From assembly GCA_043228905.1 (NCBI GenBank), contig JBHGNT010000011.1, positions 2,232,001 through 2,296,000 of the forward strand: 64,000 nt of DNA, read 5' to 3'. Origin of the DNA: Azolla caroliniana (lineage: Eukaryota > Plantae > Polypodiophyta). Made by a program: the position numbers and the translations under genes. Within the stretch, counting starts at the first letter, position 1. Each line of letters starts with the position of its first letter. This document shows positions 21,314-34,385 of this stretch, one piece after another. Under the pieces are notes generated by a model, which worked only from the letters and a program-made list of their open reading frames with translations, made no database searches and was not told the DNA's origin.

Positions 21314-24300
21314 TCATGCTGATTTCTTGGTCACAGCATCACTTCCACCGAAGTAGATCTGAATAAGAGGACTGAAAGGTGAAGATAGTGAATATGCCTT
21401 TGAATCCTTAGTTAGTATAGTTCCTGAAGACCAGAATAAAGAACATGTCAGTTTCTGTATCATTACAAAATCAGCAAGCAAATTTTATGGCTGCCTTTTT
21501 ACTTAAACATTACCTAGCCATAATGCAAGTATTGCACTTGTTCCCCAGAATACAATGTCAGTTATGCATTTGTTCCTGCACCATAATATATATACTTACG
21601 TCAGTATACCTATACCTAGGTGTACATGTACATAGTAATTAGAATCCCAATCTTTGAAGAAAGGTTCATGTATATGTACATGTACGTGTATGTGTACATG
21701 TGTATGTATACAGTATATGTATGCAAGGAAAGAGAGAGAACATGCTTACATGTACATAGTAATTAGAATTCCCCATCCTTGAAGAATGGTCCCCCACGAT
21801 GCCCCTGTAAACCTGAAATTTTGAACACAAACACATAAGAAATATGATCAAATTATGATGAAAACCCACATTTCCAAGATAATTCTAATTTGTATACTTG
21901 CTATCCTCACAGTCTGTAGCCTTTTCTCATTGTGACCACTGACGCTCATTTTCGATTGCGGAGAAGTAATGGAGACCAAATTTGGGGGATCACAGTCGGT
22001 ATATTGGCATCTAATACTGAGTTCTAACGCTTTGGTAGATAATATTACAAAACACAAATTAGTGCACTTTTTATAGTCTACACCTTGAAGTATGTTCAGG
22101 TCTTCAGAGCAGGCCATGGATCAATAAGCTTTACCGAGAACAGAACTATTTCATTAACTACCAGCACTTACTCATTAAACAAGAGTCTCGGCTCTGTTTT
22201 CTGGGTCGTAAATATTAGTTTTCTATGGCATGCAATTGTGAACTTGACCTCAAACTAAGGTTTATGTTAGTCTAAGCAGAAACTAGGGATTTCTGAAAAT
22301 GCATCAGAAATTTCATCCAACATGTCTGAGTATTTATTTGCAGAGATTAATGCATCTGATATTAGGATTTAAACTGGAAACCGTTACCAAAGATGCTTCA
22401 GAGATATTTTTGGGCAATCAAAGACTTCTATTTTCAAATTATGGGCCTCATACTCAATACTAACCTAAAACCCTATCTTTGTTGTTGACAGTTAAAACAG
22501 ATCAAACATTAAATTTTTAACTTGCAAAATTTTCCAAAGAATGATCTTTCATCAATAACAAGGACAATATGATCCCAACCTTGCTGCAACACAAAAGTCT
22601 ACTTATTCTTCATCTCTGGAGAAGTTATGTGCATCAACCAAAACTCTGGTCTAGAGAGGTCTCCCAGAAATCACTGCAAGCTCAATTAAATGAAACTAGA
22701 AGTGCATGTCTCAAATACCCATTTGCCAAAAATCTCTACATCAACAATGACTCGATCTAGAGAGGTCTCCCAGAAATCACTGCAAGCTCAATTAAATGAA
22801 ACTAGAGGTGCATGTCTCAAAGACCCATTTGCCAAAATTCTCTACATCAACCATGACTCTGGTCTACAGAGGTCTCCCAGAAATCACTGCAAGCTCAATT
22901 AAATGAAACTAGAAGTGCGTGTCTCAAAGACCCATTTGCCAAAATTCTCTACATCAGCCATGACTCTGGTCGAGAGAGGTCTCCCAGAAATCACTGCAAG
23001 CTCAATTAAATGAAACTAGATGTGCATGTCATTTGCCAAAATTCTCTACATCAATCATGACTCTGGTCTACAGAGGTCTCCCAGAAATCACTGCAAGCTC
23101 AATTAAATGAAACTAGAAGTGCGTGTCTCAAAGACCCATTTGCCAAAATTCTCTACATCAACCATGACTCTGGTCGAGAGAGGTCTCCCAGAAATCACTG
23201 CAAGCTCAATTAAATGAAACTAGATGTGCGTGTCTCAAAGACCCATTTGCCAAAATTCTCTACATCAACCATGACTCTGGTCTAGAGAGGTCTCCCAGAA
23301 ATCACTGCAAGCTCAATTAAATGAAACAAGATGTGCATGTCTCAGAGACCCATTTGCCAAAATTCTCTACATCAACCATGACTCTGGTCTAGAGAGGTCT
23401 CCCAGAAATCACTGCAAGCTCAATTAAATGAAACTAGAAGTGCATGTCGCAAAGACCCATTTGACCAAATTCTCTACATCAACCATGACTCTGGTCTAGA
23501 GAGGTTTCCCAGAAATCACTGCAAGCTCAATTAAATGAAACTAGAAGTGCATATCTCAAAGACCCATTTCCCAAAATTCTCTACATCAACCATGACTCTG
23601 GTCTAGAGAGGTCTCCCAGAAATTACTGCAAGCTCAATTAAATGAAACTAGATGTGTATGCTTCAAAGACCCATAAGCCAAAATTCTCTACATCAACCAT
23701 GACTCTGGTCTACAGAGGTCTCCCAGAAATCACTGCAAGCTCAATTAAATGAAACTAGAAGTACATGCCTCAAAGACCCATTTACCAAAATTCTCTACAT
23801 CAACCATGATTCTGGTCTAGAGAGGTCTCCCAGAAATCACAGCAAGCTCAATTAAATGAAACTAGAAGTGCATGTCTCAAAGACCCATTTGCCAAAATTC
23901 TCAAAGCTGGGGAGAAAACCATGGAACTCCCAATAACAAAATATGATAAGACTAAAGAGTTTTAAATGGTCCTGAAAGGTATTAAATCGCAGGGATAATG
24001 ACATAACAGCATGTCAATGCTCAGAATCCAACAACTAGTTCCCTTCAATCCATAATATATTGTATGCTAATCTTACGATATATTTGCATAGTGCTTGAGT
24101 AATCGATGCAATGTGATAATCCACAATATGTTGCAATTAACATAAAGGTGGCAGCAGAATATGTTAGCAACCTCACCTTGCTTTAGTAATTAAATCATTT
24201 GCCAGAATGTACAAAAGAGATTCTCACCACATGCTGTCCCGTGTGAAAAGTGCGCGAGGAAGTAGAAGACCATTGCCAATCATGGCTAGCAATACTGTGA

Positions 24301-27300
24301 AGACTGATAGACCTCGGATATTCTCAGGATTTAAATAATTTGTCCACTGTTGATAACATGACTCTATTAGCAAAAATATTAATGAAGGAGAACATATGGC
24401 AAAGTATATGCAAACCCTCTATATAAGGTGAGTTCAAGATCTATTAAAGCATCCCCTTTTCATGAAAAAATGCACTGTTCGATGATTCAATCAGTGGTTT
24501 CCCTCTTTGAATAGTAACCTTCTATGTGCGCAAATAGTGTGTACAAAAAGCAGCCTAGAAACCCCTTCTATTGAAATTGCTTGCTATGATGACATATTTA
24601 TGAATGACTCCCTGAGGGTGTATCAAGGTGTTTGAAATACAAGAGTAAATTTACCATTTGTGCTACTGCCCCCCACATGAAAAGAAGTGTCGCTGTCCAA
24701 GCTGAAACAGCCTTAAGAAACTCACTAGCACTGGAAGGTAGCTTTCGTAGTCTTTGCTGAGCACACCGAATATAAAAATTCAGAGATGGATTATAATCCT
24801 CTGAACCTCCTCGAAGAGGTACTTTGCTGCCCACTTGCAATATATATGGTGAGAAAACACTGATTATTTATGTATCAATTATAAAACACTTAAAACTGCA
24901 CACCATCATGAAACAATCAAAAACCATGGCATCCATTACTTTCATAAAAAAGGAGACTTGTCTCAGAAAAGTAGGAATTTAAATGATTTAGCACCAATTG
25001 GATGAGCCTTGTTTTGACAAACCATATGGAGGCCTAAATGTTGTTCACCCATTTCTTAGATATATGAAGTTTAATTGTTTAATACTTAATAACCATCTCC
25101 TTTTATTACCAACAGTAGATATACGACCCAATTGAAAAAGACAAATGAGATGAAATCCCACCAGGACTATCATACTGCTCGAAATAACCAGTGCCATAGT
25201 TCCTGGTAATATGCTTGGAGGCAATACTGCACTAAAAGTAGACCACATCACCTGCAAGTAGCGTTTTAAATAAGCTTTAACAAGTCTAGAAACTCCACAT
25301 TTATCCATTCTTCTTCTTCTTTGTGTCTTTTCTTCACTGAATACATGGTATATTTTACTTAAGGGTTCTTCTGCTGCTGCTTAAAGATGCACACCTACTT
25401 GTGGCAATACAGATACGCTGCCAATGGTAATCACGTCTTCCCAAATCCCCCATATTTGGGAGCTTAGAAGGTTCTTGTAATTCAAAAGATTTAGCACAAG
25501 TCCAAGCCCGACCACAGTAGTGGTTGCTGTAAAAGACGCAGAAGGCATGGCACCAGCCATAGCTAATTGAAGGAGAACCACCCAAGTTGAAATCACTCCC
25601 ACAGCTTGCACAACCATGGCTCCGGTTTCTCTTTTTTTGGCAAAATAGGAGAGCAAACAAAGGTTTCCAAGTAGGCTAGTTAATTGACCCTGCAAGATTA
25701 ACATGTGTTTTTAATTCTGGAAAAGGAAAAAGTAAAAGGAAAGAGAGAAAGAAAAAGTAAATACTATCAATTACATATGAAGCGAGCGATAGAGGAAGAA
25801 AATTTACCATCCATTGTACAGCAAAGAGAGCAATCTTGTTTCCATTGATGAGATTCTGTGAATTAAGAATAATTTGCGGTAATTGAAGCATCAAGAAAGC
25901 CAAAGTAGCTGATCCAGACAACTGAGAAGTGATAGCATCCCATTGATTGAGATCAATATTGGGGGAAATTCCAACAGTTTCATCTTGCACCTAAAAACTC
26001 AAAGAAAAATTTGCAAGTTATAGAAGGTTCCTGAAATCTATGCCTAATTAGGCATGACCACATCCATATCTATATACCACAAAACGGAAAACAAAAACAT
26101 CTCAAAGGGAATAATATGTATTTTATATGAGGTTTCCTGAACAATGGAATGTAATAATTGAATTCACGTCTACCATAAGCAGAAAGCGATTGAACAAAAC
26201 TAAAAAGGCAAAAACACATTTTACATCAGGTTTTGTTTTGTCCATCTTAAATCTAATTAAATTCGTCTCTAACATAAGAGAAATGGAAAACAAAGTTCCG
26301 AGGAGAAATAACGTTCTGTATGAGGCGTTGTTTAATCTATTCGAAACCTACTTGGATTCAAATTTTAACATATGCAGAAAAAAGACAAACATAGCTCATA
26401 GGAAAGAGAGAGAAAAACACTTTACGAAAGGTTACTAAACCCTAAGTGTGGCACCCATCTCTGCCATGAGCAGAAAAGGGATTAAAAATGGATTCGAGGA
26501 AAGACTCATTTTAAATGAAGTTCCTACCAACTCTAATTGCATTCATTTTAGTAGAAACAGAAACAAAATTCAAAGGTAGAAACATATTTCACATGAGGTT
26601 TTGTTTGATCGATCCATAAAGATTGCATTCATCTCTTACAGAAACTGGAAATGGAGATGTATAGATAACATCATTGTATACATGGTTTTGTTTGATACAT
26701 CCAAAACTCTGAAAGTTGCATTTATAGCTAACACAAGCAGAATCCGGACCGCCAAAGCTGAAAGAAGAAAGGCCCCCTTATGTAAGGTTTTGTTTGATCC
26801 ATCCAAAACCCCCAATGTTGCAAAAAAAAGCACTGGAAGGAACCCAATTTAAATAAGGATTTGCTTTATTCTTACAAAACCCCTGATGATTGCACTCATC
26901 TCTAACATATCCCCAAAATGCAAAGAAAAATCCCATTATATTGATAACCTTCTTTTGATCCATCCAAACTCTAGCAGCGTAAAAGAAGGTACATATACAT
27001 CATGGGATGGTTCTGAAACCGTAAACATTTCTGCATTCAAGGCTATCAATAATCATATGCAGGAAATGAACAAAAACAAACCATTTCATATTTCATCAAT
27101 GCAAACATAAGAAACAGAAAGGAATGAAGCCTATACCTCATGAGATGGATCAGGTTCCGATTGAGAGATTCTGTCTTGAGAGTTTGCATGAGGAGGAGGA
27201 AGAAGATGAGGATTGGTCTGAGAGGAAATGAACAATGAAATGGAGATGGGTTTTAGCTGATGAGCCCGGACATGGTTACCCCTGCTACTACCAGCTCTTC

Positions 27301-27382
27301 TTCTGATCAGAGGATAACAGGGGCGATGAAGAGGCAATGTGGTGAGGAAAGAAGATGGGAGGACAGTCAAGGAAGAGGCCAT
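21314..27382 (-). CDS. MEX1: Chloroplast maltose transporter MEX1/RCP1 homolog; about 421 aa, 9 exons
   Basis: Exons 27382-27137, 25990-25808, 25689-25399, 25251-25162, 24756-24655, 24346-24228, 21812-21750, 21575-21514, 21423-21314 sum to 1266 nt in frame. Ser-rich transit-peptide-like start MASSLTVLPSS. Motifs FLMLQLPQIILN, LLGNLCLLSYFAKKRE, SAWTATLLFMW, GNGLLLPRALFTRDSMWFTGASW match MEX1. Confidence 0.93.
22631..23902. repeat. Minisatellite array, about 12 x 107 bp, in MEX1 intron 6
   Basis: GAGGT[C/T]TCCCAGAAA anchors at 22656, 22762, 22869, 22976, 23073, 23180, 23287, 23394, 23501, 23608, 23715, 23822. One unit carries a 10-bp deletion. Confidence 0.97.
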
Positions 27383-27982
27383 ATGGGCATGAAGCTCAGG
27401 GTTAGGGTTAGGGTTAGGGTTAATCTTCATATTGGTAGATTATAACCATGCTTGGCACTCCACCATTGATCTACAAGATGCTTTCCATTCAAGCAAACAA
27501 AATTGGATCACATAATATTTGAGTTAATACATACCCCTCTGTTTTTCACATGTTTCCTTTGAGATGTGATTTACTCTCCGCGACTTTTCTCCAGTGAGGA
27601 AACACGATCCTTCTCTTCTGCGGTTTAAAACCTGACTTTTTTATTTGCCGGCGTTTTTCCGAGAGGTCCGATTCAGGGGTATTCTGCCGAAATTCAACAA
27701 AACCTTTAGGGGCATTTTGGGGAGATGCATTTTCATATCTCGGAAATCGGATGTCAAATAATGACCGATGGATCCAAAACTGGGATGTTTTGACATCAAT
27801 ATATTGCACGAGTGATTGTTTGGGTATGTATGTATATGTCCTTGGATTGTTGTTGCGGGAATGGCACTCCACGTTCGAGACTTTTTACAAACAAATTTTG
27901 TGGTCTCAAGAGTACACATTCTTACTTCAAAGAATGTATGTAGGGAGCGTGTGCCGAATTAACACCACACATGGAATGCAAA

Positions 27983-28395
27983 GTTGAATGATTGAATGCA
28001 ATGCAAACTCATTATATCAAAGTCTGCTTTTGTGGTCCCCGAAATTGTTCCAATATGAAATGTACATAGTCCATTAGCCTCCTAACTTGTGCTCCAATGC
28101 CCAAGTAGAGTCTTTTGGTTGAACATGATTGAATGCAATGCAAGTCATTATATCAAATTCTGTTATTGTGGTTCCTAGATTTATTCCAAGGGGAAATATA
28201 TGCATAGTCGACGAGCCTCCCAACTGTGCCCCAATGCCCAAGTAGAGTCTTTTGGTTAAACATGATTGAATGCAATGCGACTCATTATATCAAAGTCTGG
28301 TATTGTGGTCCCCAAAGTTGTTCCAAGGGGAAATATATGCATAGTCGATGAGCCTCCTAACTTGTGCCCCAATGCCCAAGCAAGAGTCTTTTGGT
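27983..28395. repeat. Tandem triplication of a 137-bp unit, possibly within a decayed LINE fragment on the minus strand
   Basis: ATGATTGAATGCAATGC at 27988, 28125 and 28262. The minus-strand peptide LAWALGHKLGGSS is only weakly L1-like. Confidence 0.8.
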
Positions 28396-30457
28396 GTTCT
28401 TGCCAAAAACTAATGCTTACTCGAGTCTTCTTCTCAAGAAACACCTCGAGGGGGATGTGCAAGAACTTATCACCATAACCCTTTTCTTGGCACAATGGCC
28501 GAGAGTGAGTGTCAATCACTTTCAGGCTACTAATGTATGAACTAACATCTAAGTGATCTTTGATCTTACTCCACAACCTAATCACATTCGCACGATTCAC
28601 CTACTCACCTATCACTTAACCACCAAATGACTTTACCATGTGTCCATCCATCAATAATAGAAGAGTGAAGAGACAAGGAATCGTCAACACAATCATTAGT
28701 CTGCTTAAATAATTATAAGCTTGGGCTAAATGTAATCATTAGGCTTAGAGCTTGAGAGTAAGAAAGTGATCAATGACATAGAAAAAAGTTTAAGATTTAG
28801 CACTAGCGGGAATAATAAGGAAGAACCCCTACAAAAGGTTTATAGTTTCATCTTCTTTGTTTTTCTTTATTCGTCATTATTACAATTATGCCCCTTTTGC
28901 ACCTGGAACTGTAGCACAAGATGTCATTTTCTCAATTGTCCAATTAAAATATTAGGTCATCATCTCAATTGTCCTACGTCTCTTAAGGAGGGGAGATGTC
29001 TAACGGATACTTGGCACCCCATCTCACATAATAATCTACAATGGTTTGGTTTGAGCTAAACCATACCATAAAACCCCAACTTAATGGGTTAACAATTTAG
29101 ACGATTCAATTCAATTCAATCCTAGTTTCAAAATTTGCAAATAGTTCATTTTTGTGTGGGGGTTCAAGGGTTTGGTTTGATCCCTTATTGGCTTAATGGT
29201 TTACAATTTAAGTGGCTTCAAATCGCAATCTAATGACTTAACAAATTGTAGTTTAAATGATTTCAAACCATAATGTGACAACTTGCAATTTAAATGGATT
29301 CAAACCCCAACTTAAACATCTTAATTGTTTGAAGTTTAAACAACTAACAACTTGTCGTTGATATAGCTTAATAATTAAGTAATAGGGGATTTTTAAAATA
29401 TTTATTAGATGTGAACTAACTTTATAAAGTTAAGAGCTACACCCTATTAACATAATTAAGTTATAACATTCTAGATCCAATATTTTCTTCTTTTCTTAGT
29501 TTATAAGTAGGAGACTTTTAGTCGAAAACCTCATTTTTAACAAATTGTGCAAAAGTTTACACAAAAAATTGGTTTGCACTGAACTGTAAAATTGTGGCTT
29601 GATGGTTTGTAAATCTCTTGAATGGTATGATTTGAGCTCAGGAAGCCAATTGTTAAGAGGAAGATCTTGCATAGTTTTAGAAATAAATGATAATACCTAT
29701 TTTACTTGGAAACTTAGTCCAAATTCATGTGGTCTAATATATTAATTAGAGGAAATTAGTAACAAAAATTGCAATTTACAAACAAGTTTGATTGGGTTAG
29801 ACCAAATTACAAACATTTTGAGATGAGACAAATTACATGATACCTAACTCATTAACTAAAATGTTGCCCTTACTATTGAACGTATAATCCCGAATTATAG
29901 TAGTGTTTATTTGTCATGGAAATAAGATCGTTGTATTGAGCGTTATCACAATAACGCACGTGCGTGTGCTACTCGAGTGGGACCATAGGGGTCTTGGACT
30001 AGAGAGGTTCCTCCGACTCGAATGGAGTGCAGAGTTAGAGTCGAAGGGAGTCCACACTCAAAGGGAGCCAAACTTGGAAGGGAGCCCAAAGTTGAGGGGA
30101 GGTTAGACTCGAAGAGTCTTTAGACACGAACGGAGCGACGACTCAAATGATGATTAACACGTGATTAAGGGAATGTACACCAGATTAAGACAAAAATGTT
30201 GTTGGCAAAATATAAAAGTGATCTCTTTACAAATAAGGGTTTGCAACGATTAAAGATAGGTTACCATGATTTTGGTGGTTTTTACAAAATGATCATACGA
30301 TTTGAGCATAAAACAAAAACGAAACAAACAGAAGGGAGGCTATTGAGTTTTTAGTGAAGGTGAATCAAGTGAGCCATCGGAACCATGACTATTATCGTTG
30401 GCTACAATGCCCGGATGTTGATGAAGTGTTCTCGTGTCACTTCATCCTCCCTTCAAC

Positions 30458-30888
30458 TAACAATTTGCAATGGTTCGGTTCGGTTTGAGAGGGTCCAAAC
30501 CATTTAAAATTTCTGAAATCTGAACCGAACCACAAAACCGTTAAACCATTAAACGATAAAAACCGCAGTTTTGTGGTTCGGTTTCAATTTTCAAAATCGG
30601 TCAAATTTTAAATTTTATAATTTATAAAATTTCATTATTTTTAATTTTTATGATGTTCCTAAAATGTGAGAATAAGGTCTAAAAATGAAAAGATTGTTTA
30701 AAAACATTTTTAAATTTTTTTTTTTAGAATTTGAAATAAAATAAAATAACCGTTAAACCATTTAGACCACAGTTTCTGACTGTTGAAACCGAACCAAACC
30801 ATTTTTTTAAACCTAAACCTAAACCGAACCGTTGAAACCGTTAAGCCGCGGTTCGGTTCGGTTCAAACCGAACCATTACCAATTGTTA
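30458..30888. mobile_element. hAT-type MITE
   Basis: TIRs TAACAATTTGCAATGGTTCGGTT...AACCGAACCATTACCAATTGTTA, many subterminal AACCG/CGGTT motifs, AT-rich core, perfect 8-bp TSD CCTTCAAC (30450-30457, 30889-30896). Confidence 0.92.
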
Positions 30889-32853
30889 CCTTCAACGATC
30901 AGAGTGCGAGGTAGCCTAACCCTCCCTAGTAGGGTTCTCCGTTGCGGAGAAGAAGATTGAACCTCCAAAATAGACGTAAATAGGTAAATAGTTCAAAAGT
31001 CAAAGAAACCAGCGAAAAAGAATACCAACAAGAAACCCCAACTGGGGGAAGAACTCATAACACTACTCGTGAAGAAGATGGAAAATAAAACCCTAAGACC
31101 TCAAGTACGTTGAGGAGCAGAAGAAGAAGAAGAAGAAACCTCACAAAACCTAAAGTTCAAAAGAGAAGAAGATTAAAACCTTAATGGTACACTGTGAGAT
31201 ACAAAATGGGCGACCCGAACTAAGCCCTCTTCTCCTCTTTTTACCGAGAAAAACATGCGCCTAATTTCAACATTGAATGCGCTTGTTCCCTTTCTTCCTT
31301 CAAAAAATATAAGGGAATAATTAGCCCTTTAGGGAATCAAACTCTGCACCCTTTTCAGCCTAGCGAATAGCTCTAACCACCTATATATTTTTATATATAT
31401 AAGTATTTATGTGATGTGAGTGGACCTTCCCTTTTTCTACCTTTGGCCATGCCACATCATGACATTGCTCACTTGATTTGAGTAAATGCAGTTTTATACC
31501 ATGTCATGGTCTTCAACACAATAAAGTATAGAGAGAAACAATAAAGAGTGGCACCAACAAACTCTCTTGGATTTTCATCTCCATATAGATAATTGATTCT
31601 CAATATGTACATCAATGACAAGGATCGATCCCATGTTTTTATATGTCATTGAATTGTTCATTAACCACATAAAAGATAAACGAAGGTCATAAGCATACAA
31701 ACCACCTTACGTGCCTTGTCTCCCATACCATCAAAGATGCCCATTTATTTGTCAATACAACTTGCCTTGGTAGGTTCATATATCGAAAGAATCGGTTACC
31801 TTGCATTCATTTGGGCTCAATAATCCCTTTAAGCATCATATTGAATGCAAATATATTAATCAAACCTAGTTTTCAATAGAAATCGGGCCTTCAAAAATCA
31901 GCCTTACAAAGCGTTTAATAAGACTGCAATGTGGGTTTCACTACAAGAGGTTTGAGCGGCCTCTCCCAACTCCATAGTAGTCTTTAAGGAGGACATCAAA
32001 AGGACCCACATGAAGCAAAGATTCCATATCACTTGACACCTTTGACCAAATTTAGGGTTTTTCATCTAGCAACACTTGAAAAAACACACCACAACAAATA
32101 AGCCAAGTAAGGCTTAATTATGTATCTGGCAATATATTAGACCAAGGAGAACATCTAATCGATATAAGGACGAGATCAAGGGTATATAAATATATATCCA
32201 ATACCACAAGGGTATACCGAGGAGGCTGAGGGCCATTTAGCCCTCTTATCCAAATAAATTCAACAACATCAGCTTGGCCACAACCATATCATGTGTTAAT
32301 AATTACATGGTTAATCTGCGCAAGTTCGTTAACGAATGCATGAATGCATTAGGTCACGTCGCCAACATAGGTATGCACCATGAGATCCAGCTTGAAATGT
32401 GGGGGGGGGGTCATATAGGCATCAACACAAGCTAGCTAGATATGGTGCAATGCGGTTTCTTGTGCATATACATGCCAGCTACATATGGCAAGACATGAGG
32501 ATTCTAAAATCTCATTATCGTGAATTGATGGGAAACACTAGCTAAATGTGGGGATTCATATTGATACTAGTCCCAGTTAATATATGTACAAACTCTATCT
32601 TATCACTTGCCTACACATGGTGTCAAGACAAATAAGCTACATGAGGATCAAGCATGGTTCATATACATATATCCCATACAAAAAAACATGAGGTATGGCA
32701 GAATAATACATGGTATCAGTCGATGAAGTTGCATAACAATCAAGCCTTCAACATATTGCTATACAGTTATAATCTATCATATACATACAAACACCCATAT
32801 CAATACAATTTGTGGTGGTTTGATTCATACACACCAATGCCCCACAAATGTCT

Positions 32854-33540
32854 CTATAAGCCATGATAACACAATACCCTAGAGCAAGAAACCAAGATGA
32901 CGGTCGTAAAAGCCACAAAGACAACAAGAATCGAACCCGATAGACCTACCACCACACCGAGATTATTGATCCGGAAAAGAATCCTCTTCTGGACGAGACG
33001 ATTATGGTACGGGCTGCCATCGGACCTAAGCTTGAATTTCTTTCCACTAACCCTCAATTTCTGTATACTACCATGTAGATCTCTCAGAATCGATCTTTCT
33101 TCTTGAAGTTGGATCTCGAGATTCTCGGAATCGATGAGTTTTACCAATATGATAATGGCGAGAGGAAAGGCGGATAGCAGCGAGATCGAGATGGGCGCCC
33201 AGAGGCTCCGGCACGAGAGACTGTCGGGATGGAGCGAGACGACTGCGGCCAACAGGAATCCTTGGAAGAGGATATGGAGGATGAAGAAGAGGAAAGCCTC
33301 TGTCTGGTTTCTGCTGAATTGGGACTCCTTGTGCTGGACTTGCTCGCGCAATCCTTCGGACTGCCTCTGCCAGTCTTTCATGAGAAGCTTGAGATGCCTC
33401 CTGCTGTCGATCTCTTCTAATGGTGTCTCTTCCATGGATGCAAATCTGTGGTGATCTTCTTCTTCATCTTCTTCTTCTTCTTCTTCTTCTTCTTCTTCTT
33501 CTCCTCCTCCTCCTCCTCCTTCTTCTTCTTCCTTTGCCAT
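32854..33540 (-). CDS. Intronless plant-specific uncharacterised membrane protein (about 228 aa; acidic N-terminus, coiled coil, two central TM helices, coiled coil, C-terminal TM)
   Basis: ATG at 33540 within ORF 32854-33768. The pattern PLEEI...HLKLLMKDW...FLFFILH...SCRSLWAPISISLLS resembles a land-plant family I recall as PTHR33287-like (unverified). Confidence 0.75.
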   Translation of the reverse strand: MAKEEEEGGGGGGEEEEEEEEEEEDEEEDHHRFASMEETPLEEIDSRRHLKLLMKDWQRQSEGLREQVQHKESQFSRNQTEAFLFFILHILFQGFLLAAVVSLHPDSLSCRSLWAPISISLLSAFPLAIIILVKLIDSENLEIQLQEERSILRDLHGSIQKLRVSGKKFKLRSDGSPYHNRLVQKRILFRINNLGVVVGLSGSILVVFVAFTTVILVSCSRVLCYHGL

Positions 33541-34026
33541 AGAAAGAATCTCTCTGTTCCTGCTTGTGTGTGTGTGTGCTCTGTTTCCCCTGTTTCCTCT
33601 GTTTCCTCTGTTTCTCTTATCTATTTCAATGATAGAAGAAAAGCAAAAAAAAAGGAGAAGAAGAGAGAATATATATGTACATATTTTTAGAGAAGCAAAG
33701 TAATTCAAAGGGCAAATGGAGGCTCTTTCACACTCTTGACTTGGCTTACCTGTCTCTAGAAGAAACACATCTTCTCTTTTTTGTCTCTTGTTGTTGTTGT
33801 TGTTGTTGTTTGTTTACTTGGTAACAAGGATATAGACTTGGATTGCGCATTCCCAACTTACGTCTCTGGGTGCTTTTGTTTCCTGTATTATTCTTCTTCG
33901 GTAAGCATGTGCCTTGTCTGGAGGGGCTTGAATTTGCACATGCATGAGGCATAGCTGACATGGCATGCCTATGGATGGTCTGTTCGTGGATTAGGATCTA
34001 GGTCTTTATGACCTTCTTTTTGCGGT

Positions 34027-34385
34027 GTGTGCACCCACATGCGTTGTGTTTTTTTGTCCGCGTGCGCGCACCCGTAAGGCCTATCGGGCTGACATGAGTT
34101 GGGATGAACCATTTTTGAAGACTTGTGGATTAGGATCTGTTGTTCTTGGCTTCCATAGCTTTTGAATCAAAGCATATTGGTTGGGACTTTCCCATTATTG
34201 TGTTTGTGCACCCACATATGCGCGTGTTTGTTTGTCTACGTGCGCACACTCGTAAGGCCTATCAGGCCAACATGAGTTGGGATGAACCGTTTTTGAATAC
34301 TTGTGGATTAGGATCTAATGTTCTTGACTTGCATAGCTTTTGAATCAAAGCATATTTGCTAGGACTTTCCCATTATTGTGTTTGT
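34027..34385. repeat. Direct duplication of about 180 bp upstream of the membrane-protein gene
   Basis: GTGCACCCACAT...CGTAAGGCCTATC...CATGAGTTGGGATGAACC...ACTTGTGGATTAGGATCT occurs twice, with partial copies at ~33985 and ~34600. Confidence 0.8.

Noticed and set aside
22631-23902. Regular array considered as a CRISPR locus
   Set aside because: Whole 107-bp units are repeated, with no unique spacers and no cas genes; it lies in a eukaryotic intron.
31550-32330. Possible decayed LINE fragment on the minus strand
   Set aside because: Only a weak motif (VEFIW...YTLVVLDI) is visible, which is not enough to call.
33541-33768. N-terminal extension of the 304-aa ORF
   Set aside because: Built from poly-T, (CA)n and 9-bp repeats typical of 5' UTR or intron sequence; the ATG at 33540 is the more plausible start.
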